DNA of 41,183 nt from an uncultured Desulfobacterales bacterium (GTDB lineage Bacteria; Desulfobacterota; Desulfobacteria; Desulfobacterales; Desulfococcaceae): the NCBI GenBank assembly GCA_964346545.1, contig CAYFVR010000001.1:11440-52622 (forward strand), given 5' to 3'. Below, one piece after another: positions 9,845-19,289 of this stretch (positions are counted from its first letter, which is position 1; every line of letters begins with the position of its first letter). The position numbers and the translations under genes were made by a program. The notes under the pieces were generated by a model, which saw only the letters and a list, made by a program, of their open reading frames with translations, was not told where the DNA came from and made no database searches.

Positions 9845-10164
9845 ACAAATTCCCCGTCTGAGGTCGGGCGCGGGACGAAGCCGCCCGCGCCGAAAACCGT
9901 CTGTTTGGGATGCCCGAAGTGCGCGCCGAACCGGTCGGATTCCGTTGCCCGGAAAAGCCCTTTTTGGGGACGGAAGGCAATATTTTACGAGAATACCAAG
10001 CGTTTCCGGGGTATGCCGGGGCACCGTTTCCCGTGTTTCCAACACGCGCCGACATCGACGTTTCGCCTTCCCTATACGTCGAAGGACCGGGGTTCATCAA
10101 TGGGGCGGGCCGGGTAATCCCCGGTAGAAATTGGCGACTCGGAACGGGAAACCTCTATCAAATA

Positions 10165-10218
10165 GGGGAAATCGGGAAGAAATCCATCGTTCACTTTGAA
10201 ATTCCAAGTGAACGATGG
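10165..10218 (-). terminator. Candidate intrinsic terminator downstream of tex
   Basis: Perfect 13-bp stem CCATCGTTCACTT (10184-10196) / AAGTGAACGATGG (10206-10218) with a 9-nt loop. On the minus strand it is followed by ATTTCTTCCCGATTTCC. It lies about 130 nt after the tex stop. Confidence 0.4.
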
Positions 10219-10348
10219 CGCCGGATTGACCAAGGGCATAGGCGATTCGGAACTGCAAAACTTCCCTTAAAAAACATTGCAGCGCCACAAATTTTACTCG
10301 TTCCCAGGCTCCGCCTCGCAACAAGTTGGATTTGTTGCGGTTAGAGAA

Positions 10349-12631
<2,283 letters not shown>

Positions 12632-12784
12632 GGGGTGTCCTTGGGGTTTCGGGGGTTCGCGTTTGGGATGATTCGGGTGTTGGGAATTTCGGTTCGCGTT
12701 TTTGCGTATGGCGTCTTCCCCCTGGGAGCGACGAGTTGCACGCGTCGCCTCGGGCGCACAATGGGTAAGGCAATTTGATGAAAG

Positions 12785-12809
12785 CCGATCATGAAACCCG
12801 ATCATGAAA
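12785..12809. repeat. Two direct copies of CCGATCATGAAA (period 13) in the tex / UPF0175 divergent intergenic region
   Basis: Copies at 12785-12796 and 12798-12809 are identical, separated by one C. They lie about 155-180 nt upstream of the tex start. Confidence 0.6.
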
Positions 12810-12884
12810 ACGGTGTGGAAGGTTCGGAGATATAGGCGGGGCGAGGGATTCTGTCAAGGAAGTGGGTGGAACGATTTCAGGTAG

Positions 12885-12955
12885 GGTGGGCAAAACCCCG
12901 CCCCAAGGCGGCCATGGAAACGGGAGAGGCTTCGGGGTTTTGCCCACCTTTTTCC
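12885..12955 (+). terminator. Terminator-like hairpin with no upstream plus-strand gene
   Basis: 16-bp perfect stem GGTGGGCAAAACCCCG (12885-12900) / CGGGGTTTTGCCCACC (12933-12948) with a 32-nt loop, followed directly by TTTTTCCGGTTT. On the plus strand only about 250 nt of the tex upstream region precede it. Confidence 0.45.
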
Positions 12956-12975
12956 GGTTTGCCGGCAGACCTTTA

Positions 12976-13004
12976 TTGACTCCGGAAACCCGGGTTTGTA
13001 TCGT
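12976..13004 (+). promoter_or_regulatory. Candidate sigma70-type promoter for the UPF0175 gene
   Basis: TTGACT (12976-12981), 17-nt spacer, TATCGT (12999-13004). It lies about 125 nt upstream of ATG 13131. Confidence 0.35.
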
Positions 13005-13130
13005 CTTTATTACCCATCGGATTTCACGGAATGGCCGTCTTCCAACAGGTGAATCCGGGAGGCGTTTTCCCGATGAAGCCGGAAAACCCCGGTAAAACGG
13101 GTTATTCCAAAACGCCACGGGAGTTTTCCC

Positions 13131-13388
13131 ATGCAAATGAAACGCATTTCCTTCGATATCCCGGCCGGGGTACTGGCCGGCCTCCGTTTCGACGAGGACC
13201 GCTTCTGCCATGAACTCCGTGTGGCGGCGGCGGTCAAGTGGTATGAGCAAGGAATGGTCAGCCAGGGGCGCGGGGCGGAAATCGCGGGGCTTTCCCGTGC
13301 GGAATTCATCGAGGCGCTTGGACGTTTCGGGGTTTCGCCGTTCCAGGTGGAGACCGAGGAATTGGTGCGCGAGGTGATGGATGGGTGA
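13131..13388 (+). CDS. UPF0175-family small protein (antitoxin-like), with no toxin partner recognised
   Basis: ISFDIPAGVL...ELRVAAAVKWYEQGMVSQGRGAEIAGLSRAEFIEALGRFGVSPFQVETEEL fits the UPF0175 pattern (LAxxLYExGxxSxGxAAExAGxSRxEFxxxLxxxGV). I could not read a PIN/DUF3368-like ORF downstream. Confidence 0.7.
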   Translation: MQMKRISFDIPAGVLAGLRFDEDRFCHELRVAAAVKWYEQGMVSQGRGAEIAGLSRAEFIEALGRFGVSPFQVETEELVREVMDG

Positions 13389-13466
13389 ATCGGCCATGAT
13401 TAGATTGCTTCAGTGGCGGCTTCCCAATTTTTCAACCAACCCCTCCTTAACGCGGAGTCCGCCCCA

Positions 13467-13495
13467 TTGACCCCACCCCCCAATTCTGCTATGAA
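13467..13495 (+). promoter_or_regulatory. Candidate sigma70-type promoter for the lipoprotein/DUF350/SpeE-like operon
   Basis: TTGACC (13467-13472), 17-nt spacer, TATGAA (13490-13495). It lies about 65 nt upstream of ATG 13561. Confidence 0.35.
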
Positions 13496-13560
13496 AATTT
13501 CCAATCGCGGTTGTCTCCCCCGCCGCGCAAGCCAACCGAATTTTCATCGGAAAGGACGGC

Positions 13561-14262
13561 ATGAACAAACTCCGGCCCCTTTTCGCCGTTGCCATTCTTC
13601 TCGCCTTGCTCCTTCCGCTTTCCGGCTGCGGCGGCCGGGACCAGCTTCCGCTGGACTGGCTCCGCAAACGCCTTCAGGACGTGGACACCTACTCCGTCAT
13701 CCTGGAGGACATGAAGCGGGAAGGCAATTTTTTCACCAGCCATCACCATAAATATCGCGTAATTCAAGATGATTACGCATGGTCCACCGACTGGATGAAA
13801 GTGCCGGAAAAATATTACCGGCGCTACGAGCCCATGCTGGGCATGGTGGTCGCCGGCCGCAAGGAAGGCGAACCCATCGCCGCCGCCGCGCCGCCGGGAT
13901 ATCAATACGTGAACAATCCGCGCTATGGACGCTGGCGAACCGACAACCGAGGCCGCTCTTTTTGGGAATTCTATGGGCAGTACGCCATGATGCGAAACCT
14001 GATGGGCGGCTGGTACCGCCCCATCTACCGAACCGATTACGACGCCTACCGAACCGCCCGGAGCCGGAACGTGCCTTTTTTCGGCAAAACCCACACCTAC
14101 GGCACGGCCGGGACGGTGACCAAGCAGGCCAATCCCGACTTTTTTCAGCGGCGAATGGCCCGGGAACGGGCCGGCAAAACTTCGTTCGCCCAAAAAGTCG
14201 GCCGACGCATCGGGCGCACCCGTTCCAACGTGCGGGGCCGCTCCGGCGGACGGGGGAAATAA
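13561..14262 (+). CDS. Lipoprotein, possibly DUF1190/YjfM-like
   Basis: Signal peptide with a lipobox: MNKLRPLFAVAILLALLLPLSGC. The aromatic/Arg-rich body includes SFWEFYGQYAMMRNLMGGWY, and the tail is basic (RTRSNVRGRSGGRGK). The DUF1190 resemblance is from memory only. Confidence 0.6.
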   Translation: MNKLRPLFAVAILLALLLPLSGCGGRDQLPLDWLRKRLQDVDTYSVILEDMKREGNFFTSHHHKYRVIQDDYAWSTDWMKVPEKYYRRYEPMLGMVVAGRKEGEPIAAAAPPGYQYVNNPRYGRWRTDNRGRSFWEFYGQYAMMRNLMGGWYRPIYRTDYDAYRTARSRNVPFFGKTHTYGTAGTVTKQANPDFFQRRMARERAGKTSFAQKVGRRIGRTRSNVRGRSGGRGK

Positions 14263-14265
14263 TCC

Positions 14266-15129
14266 ATGGATTACATCGACATAACGCTCCTGGACGATCT
14301 CCTGTCGGCGCTGATCCTGATCGCCGGCTTCTACTTGCTCTTCTTCGTCGGCAAGCTGGTGAACGACCTGCTGAACAAGGACTACAAGCTCACCTACGAG
14401 CTGGTGGAGCGGGACAACCCGGCCCTCGCCGTGGCCGTGGCCGGCTATTATCTCGGCCTCGTCTTCGCCATCGGCGGCGCGCTGGCGGGCCCCAGCCGCG
14501 GGATCGTGGAGGACCTGATCGATCTGGGCATCTACGGCGCCCTGGCCATCGTTTTGCTCAACCTGTCCTGGTTCCTTTGCGACCGGCTCATCCTCCGAAA
14601 GTTCAAGGTGACGGACGAACTCATCCGGGATCGCAACACCGGGACCGGCGCCGTCTCCTTCGGCGTCAGCGTGGCTTCGGGTCTCATCGTTTACGGCGCT
14701 GTGACCGGCCAGGGCGGCACCATCTGGACCGCCATCGGTTTCTGGGCCGTGGGCCAGTTGATCCTCGTCGTCGCCGGGCTGGTCTACGACCGGATCACCC
14801 CCTACGACGTCCACGCGGAGATCGAGCGGGACAACATGGCGGCCGGCGTCAGCTTCGGCGGGGCACTGGCGGCCATGGGCGTGGTGGTGGGCTTCGCCGC
14901 GGCCCGGGATTTCACCAGCTGGGCCGACGATCTGCCCGGCTTCGCGCTCATCGCCCTGTGCGGCCTCGTCATGCTGCCGCTGGTTCGGTTTCTGACGGAT
15001 CGGGTGCTGCTGCCCACCGTCAAGCTCACCGATGAAATCGTCAACCAGGAAACCCCAAATTCCGGGGCCGCCTTCATCGAGGCGCTGTCCTACATTTCCG
15101 GAGCCTTCGTCATCAGCTGGTGCCTCTGA
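14266..15129 (+). CDS. Membrane protein with four DUF350 repeats
   Basis: Four copies of the DUF350 motif: YKLTYELVERDNPALAVAVAGYYLG, FKVTDELIRDRNTGTGAVSFGVSVA, PYDVHAEIERDNMAAGVSFGGALAA and VKLTDEIVNQETPNSGAAFIEALSY. Each copy is followed by a TM helix. Confidence 0.8.
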   Translation: MDYIDITLLDDLLSALILIAGFYLLFFVGKLVNDLLNKDYKLTYELVERDNPALAVAVAGYYLGLVFAIGGALAGPSRGIVEDLIDLGIYGALAIVLLNLSWFLCDRLILRKFKVTDELIRDRNTGTGAVSFGVSVASGLIVYGAVTGQGGTIWTAIGFWAVGQLILVVAGLVYDRITPYDVHAEIERDNMAAGVSFGGALAAMGVVVGFAAARDFTSWADDLPGFALIALCGLVMLPLVRFLTDRVLLPTVKLTDEIVNQETPNSGAAFIEALSYISGAFVISWCL

Positions 15130-16709
15130 ACCCCGCTCTTCCCGATCCCGTCCGGAACGTCATGGCGCCCGGACGGGGAACCATTTTAAAAATTGCCCTC
15201 TTCGCCACCGGCTGCGCCGGGATCGTGGCCGAGTTCGTGCTGTCCACCCTGGCCACCTACCTGATCGGCAACGCCATCGTCCAGTGGACCCTGGTGATGT
15301 CGCTCATGCTGTTCTCCATGGGGCTGGGCAGCCGAATCAGCCGGAGCTTCCGGTCGGACCTGATCGACGCCTTCATCTACGTCGAAATCGCCCTTTCGCT
15401 GCTCTGCGCCGCCTCGGCCATGCTGGCCTACGGCCTGGCCGCCCTCACCGAGTACGTGGAAGTGATCATCTACCTCCAGGCGGGCGCCATCGGAGTGCTC
15501 ATTGGTTGCGAAATCCCGCTGGTGACCCGGATCAACGAGACCTTCGAAGAGTTGCGGGTCAACATCTCCGGGGTCATGGAAAAGGACTATTACGGCGCGC
15601 TGTTCGGCGGGCTGATCTTCGCCTTCGTGGCCCTGCCCCATCTGGGGCTCACTTATACCCCGGTGCTGCTGGGAACGGTCAATTTTCTCGTGGCCGCCCT
15701 GGTGCTGTGGCGATTTTTCCCCCTGATCCGACGGCCCCGAACCCTGATATCGGCCTTCGTCGTCGCCGGTGCGACCCTGGCGGCGGTGGCGGCGCTCTCC
15801 CGCCCGGTGATCACCTACGGGGAACAGCGCAAGTATCAGGATCAGGTGGTCTACGCCCGGCAGACGCCGTACCAGAAAATCGTGATGACCCGCTGGCGGG
15901 ACGACTACTGGCTTTTTCTCAACGGCCAGCAGCAGTTTTCCACCGTTGACGAGGAAAAATACCACGAGCCGCTGGTTCATCCGGCCATGGCGGTCCCGCC
16001 CTCGGTTCGAGACGTGTTGATCGTGGGGGGCGGCGACGGCCTGGCGGCACGGGAGGTGCTCAAGTATCCGGGAGTGGAGCGGCTCGCCCTGGTGGACCTG
16101 GACCCGGCCATGACGGAACTGGGCCGAAGCCATCCGCTGCTGCGATCCTTCAACGACGGCGCCCTGCTCGACCCCCGGGTGCGAATCGTCAACCGGGACG
16201 CGGCGGAGTTTCTGGAAACCCGGCGAGAACGGTTCGACGTGATCCTGATCGATCTGCCCGATCCGGATTCAATCGAGCTGATGCACGTCTATTCCCGCAA
16301 GTTCTACCGGATGGCCCACCGCCGGCTGAACCGAGGCGGCGTGCTGGCGGCGCAGGCCACCAGCCCGTTTTTCGCCCATCGGGCGTTTCTGTGCATTCTC
16401 AAAACCATCCGGGCCTCCGGCTTTTCCGCCCTGCCCTACCGCAACCCGATTCCCACCATGGGAGAATGGGGCTGGGTGGTCGGGATTCGGACGGAGGACG
16501 GCGACCGGGAAACCCTGCGATCCCGGCTGCTGACGGCGGATTTTGAAAACATATCGACGCGGTTTGTCAACCACGACGCCATGATTTCCATGCTTCACTT
16601 TGGAAAAGGGGTGATCGAGGAAGAACAATTGGCCAAGGTGGCGATCAACACCGAGTTCCACCCCATCCTCTTCCGCTACTACCTGACCGGAACCTGGGGG
16701 GTTTACTGA
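15120..16709 (+). CDS. Membrane-fused spermidine synthase-like aminopropyltransferase (polytopic N-terminal domain plus SpeE-like C-terminal domain)
   Basis: The N-terminal part of roughly 200 aa reads as multiple TM helices. The C-terminal part has VLIVGGGDGLAAREVLKYPGVERLALVDLDPAM ... FDVILIDLPDPDS ... YSRKFY, the SpeE/methyltransferase-fold motifs. GTG 15120 overlaps the upstream stop by 10 nt. ATG 15162 is the alternative start. Confidence 0.8.
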   Translation: MPLNPALPDPVRNVMAPGRGTILKIALFATGCAGIVAEFVLSTLATYLIGNAIVQWTLVMSLMLFSMGLGSRISRSFRSDLIDAFIYVEIALSLLCAASAMLAYGLAALTEYVEVIIYLQAGAIGVLIGCEIPLVTRINETFEELRVNISGVMEKDYYGALFGGLIFAFVALPHLGLTYTPVLLGTVNFLVAALVLWRFFPLIRRPRTLISAFVVAGATLAAVAALSRPVITYGEQRKYQDQVVYARQTPYQKIVMTRWRDDYWLFLNGQQQFSTVDEEKYHEPLVHPAMAVPPSVRDVLIVGGGDGLAAREVLKYPGVERLALVDLDPAMTELGRSHPLLRSFNDGALLDPRVRIVNRDAAEFLETRRERFDVILIDLPDPDSIELMHVYSRKFYRMAHRRLNRGGVLAAQATSPFFAHRAFLCILKTIRASGFSALPYRNPIPTMGEWGWVVGIRTEDGDRETLRSRLLTADFENISTRFVNHDAMISMLHFGKGVIEEEQLAKVAINTEFHPILFRYYLTGTWGVY

Positions 16710-16989
16710 TTTTTTCATCGTTTTCCCGAAGTGGGGCGATTCCCCATCGTCGCTACATCGTTATCCCCATATCCGCGCCGGACGGGTATTTATGGCGGAT
16801 TTTCACGATGAAATCCCTTGACAACACTATGCTTTTCTGAATAGGAAAGATCATCTTGGATTTTCCACCCCCGGCCGATCTCCCCCACGCGGAACCTCGC
16901 CGGGAGAGGGACCGGTTTCGCACGATCCTCGCCAAACACCGTCAAACCAGATGGTCAACCCCAATACCAGCATGAAAACGGAGATTCTT

Positions 16990-19104
16990 ATGGGCGAAGC
17001 ACGATTCAACCAGCGGCGGACGTCGTCGACGTCACGGAAATGGGTATTGCTTCTTTGCATGGGGCTATTACTTTTCGGTTGCGCCCACATGCCTTCTCCC
17101 CAGGAGATGGAAGCCGAGCGGGAGGCCAACGCCCGTCAGGACGTGGAAGCCATCAAGCCGGCCATGGGATACGGCAATTTCGGAGAAGCGCCGTTGACCC
17201 TGGAAGACTGCATCCGGTACGCCCTCGACAACAATCTGGAGATGCGCATCGCCCGGTTGAACGAGGAGATCGCCGACCAGGAAAGCCTGGTGGCCAAACT
17301 CCAAATGCTCCCCAGCCTCTCCGCCGACGCCACCTACAAGCGGCGGGACGTCCTTCGCAAGAGCGACGCCTACAACTGGCTGCTCGACGAGGACCAGCCG
17401 GATTTCACGGTGTCGGAGCTGAAGGACAACACTCGGGCCAACCTGACCCTCACCTGGAACATCCTGGACACCATGATGGCCTACGTCCGGGGCAACGCCT
17501 CGGAAATGCAGGAAGAGGTGATCCGCCGGGAACGGGCCCGCCAAGCCCAACAGCTGGCCCTGGACGTGACCCGGGCCTATTGGCACGCCGCGGCGGTGGA
17601 AGACGCTCTGGATTACGTCCACGTGGTGGAGGCCAATCTGAAGCAGGTAAAACGCAACATGGACCAGGCCGTGGCCCGGGGCAGCTACGACAGCATGGCC
17701 GCCTCGGACGCGGAGCTTCGGCTCAAGGAATTGGAGCTGACCATCCGCCAGCTCCAGGCCAACCTCTCCAGGGAACGGCTCCAGCTCGCCCAGCTCATGG
17801 GCCTCAACCAGAACGTCCAGTTCACCCTGGCCCGGCCGCCCATCAAGCCCATCGTCGCCAACCTTCCCCACACCAAGGAGTTGAACATCGACCGGCTGGA
17901 AGAATACGCCCTGCTCCACCGGCCGGAGCTGTTCGCCAGCGACATGCAGGTTCGCATCCAGAAGGAGGAGGCCAAGAACAAGGTTCTGGCCATGTTTCCC
18001 GGAATTTCCATCTTCGCCGGGGGCCATTACGAGGACAACCGGCTGTTGCTTCAGAACAACTGGGCCACCGTCGGCGCCGGCATTGGTTGGGAATTGCTGG
18101 ACCTGCCGGCCAAATTCATGTCCTACAAGGGACAGAAGAAGGCCATCCAGATGGCCGAGGCCCAGCGGCTGATGTCCACCGTGGGCGTCATCACCCAGGT
18201 CCACATCGCACTGCTCGACTACGCCATCAAGGTGGACCGGTTCCGCCTGCTGGACGAAACCTACGCCTTGGCCAACAACCTCTTCGACATGGCCCAGACC
18301 AAGAACCAGGCCGGCCGCCTGCCGGAACTGGCGGTCACCCAGCGCCACCTGGAGGAGATGGCGGCCAAACTTCGACGGGACGAGGCCGTGGTGGACATGC
18401 TGGTGGCCCACAAGCGGCTCTGCGTCAGCATCGGCATGGATCCCCTGGAATGCGATCAGCGGGGAATGCTGGCCTCGGCCGGCGGGAGCGGCGCCGGGCT
18501 TTCCGGGAACGTTCGGGAGCTGAACTACACCGCCACCACCGGCATGAGAAAATGGCGCAGCACCGAGACTGGCTACATCCACATTGGTCCCACGCCGCCG
18601 GAAATCGACCCCATTAGCGGTTTGGGTCCGGAATACTTTGTGGAGGTGACCAACGGCCAAGAGAGCGACGCGATTATGGCTATCACGGGCACGGAATCGG
18701 GCATGATTTCCGGAACAAGTTCGGGTCCCATCGAGGACGCCGACCTGGATACCTGGGGCGTAACCCCGCCGGTTTCCACCCGCGACGGCGGCATGAGTCG
18801 AAGTTCCGACGGCGCCCCCGGCTACGCCGGTCCGGCGGCCGACCGCTTCCTCTGGCAGGTGCAGATGGGCGCGTTCTCCGAGCCTTCCGGCCCCACCAAG
18901 CGAATGAGCGAGGTGGAGGCCCTGAACCTCCGCATGCTCGACACCCGCGACACGGCCATCACCACCGCCCGGGTGCAGGGAAACTTGTTGAATCGGGTTC
19001 GCGTCCGCGGTCTGACCCAGGCGGAAGCCCAGGAACTGGCCCGCGAGCTGCGGGGCCGGGGCGTGGACCATTGGGTCATCGCGCCGGGAAGCGTCCACTG
19101 GTAG
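16990..19104 (+). CDS. TolC-family outer-membrane factor lipoprotein with a C-terminal SPOR (peptidoglycan-binding) domain
   Basis: The start is set at ATG 16990 (GGAG at 16980-16983, 6-nt spacer), giving MGEARFNQRRTSSTSRKWVLLLCMGLLLFGC (lipobox-like). LTLEDCIRYALDNNLEMRIARLNEEIADQE and a duplicated coiled-coil architecture indicate an OEP/TolC fold. The last 85 aa (18847-19101) are FLWQVQMGAFSEPSG...LLNRVRVRGLTQAEAQELARELRGRGVDHWVI, which fits the SPOR pattern (VQxGAF ... RVRVGxxxxxxEAxxxxxxL). Confidence 0.8.
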   Translation: MGEARFNQRRTSSTSRKWVLLLCMGLLLFGCAHMPSPQEMEAEREANARQDVEAIKPAMGYGNFGEAPLTLEDCIRYALDNNLEMRIARLNEEIADQESLVAKLQMLPSLSADATYKRRDVLRKSDAYNWLLDEDQPDFTVSELKDNTRANLTLTWNILDTMMAYVRGNASEMQEEVIRRERARQAQQLALDVTRAYWHAAAVEDALDYVHVVEANLKQVKRNMDQAVARGSYDSMAASDAELRLKELELTIRQLQANLSRERLQLAQLMGLNQNVQFTLARPPIKPIVANLPHTKELNIDRLEEYALLHRPELFASDMQVRIQKEEAKNKVLAMFPGISIFAGGHYEDNRLLLQNNWATVGAGIGWELLDLPAKFMSYKGQKKAIQMAEAQRLMSTVGVITQVHIALLDYAIKVDRFRLLDETYALANNLFDMAQTKNQAGRLPELAVTQRHLEEMAAKLRRDEAVVDMLVAHKRLCVSIGMDPLECDQRGMLASAGGSGAGLSGNVRELNYTATTGMRKWRSTETGYIHIGPTPPEIDPISGLGPEYFVEVTNGQESDAIMAITGTESGMISGTSSGPIEDADLDTWGVTPPVSTRDGGMSRSSDGAPGYAGPAADRFLWQVQMGAFSEPSGPTKRMSEVEALNLRMLDTRDTAITTARVQGNLLNRVRVRGLTQAEAQELARELRGRGVDHWVIAPGSVHW

Positions 19105-19141
19105 TCTCCGAGCGGTTCGGGCGGGCCTGAACGGCTCGCCG

Positions 19142-19174
19142 CCGGCCGGAGCGGTGGCCCACCGCTCCGGCCGG
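19142..19174 (+). terminator. GC-rich hairpin between the OMP gene and the giant gene; partial terminator or processing/stability element
   Basis: CCGGCCGGAGCGGTGG (19142-19157), one C, then CCACCGCTCCGGCCGG (19159-19174) form a near-perfect 33-nt palindrome 38 nt after the stop. No immediate T-run follows; the nearest is CCGTTTTCTCGCATTTTCG about 20 nt downstream. Confidence 0.4.
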
Positions 19175-19289
19175 ACGAACGCCCCCGAAATCTCCGTTTT
19201 CTCGCATTTTCGCACCGCTTGGCCGCGCCGCCCCTTTCGGCAACCCGTCTGCGAACGTTCGGCCCCACCGTCTCAGGGAGGTTATCAGG

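Noticed and set aside
9845-10348. A roughly 500-nt gap between the TPR-protein start and the tex stop, including tracked ORF 9910..10344, as a possible gene or tRNA/sRNA locus.
   Set aside because: The tracked ORF has no protein-like features, and I saw no cloverleaf-compatible sequence. Only two hairpins (10184-10218 and 10317-10339) are evident. I interpret them as tex 3' structures.
16818-16846. Perfect -35 hexamer TTGACA (16818-16823) upstream of the TolC-SPOR gene, as a sigma70 promoter.
   Set aside because: The sequences at 16-18 nt spacing (AATAGG, ATAGGA, TAGGAA) are poor -10 boxes. A lone -35 match is not enough to call a promoter, although the region is relatively AT-rich and a promoter is likely somewhere within 16710-16980.
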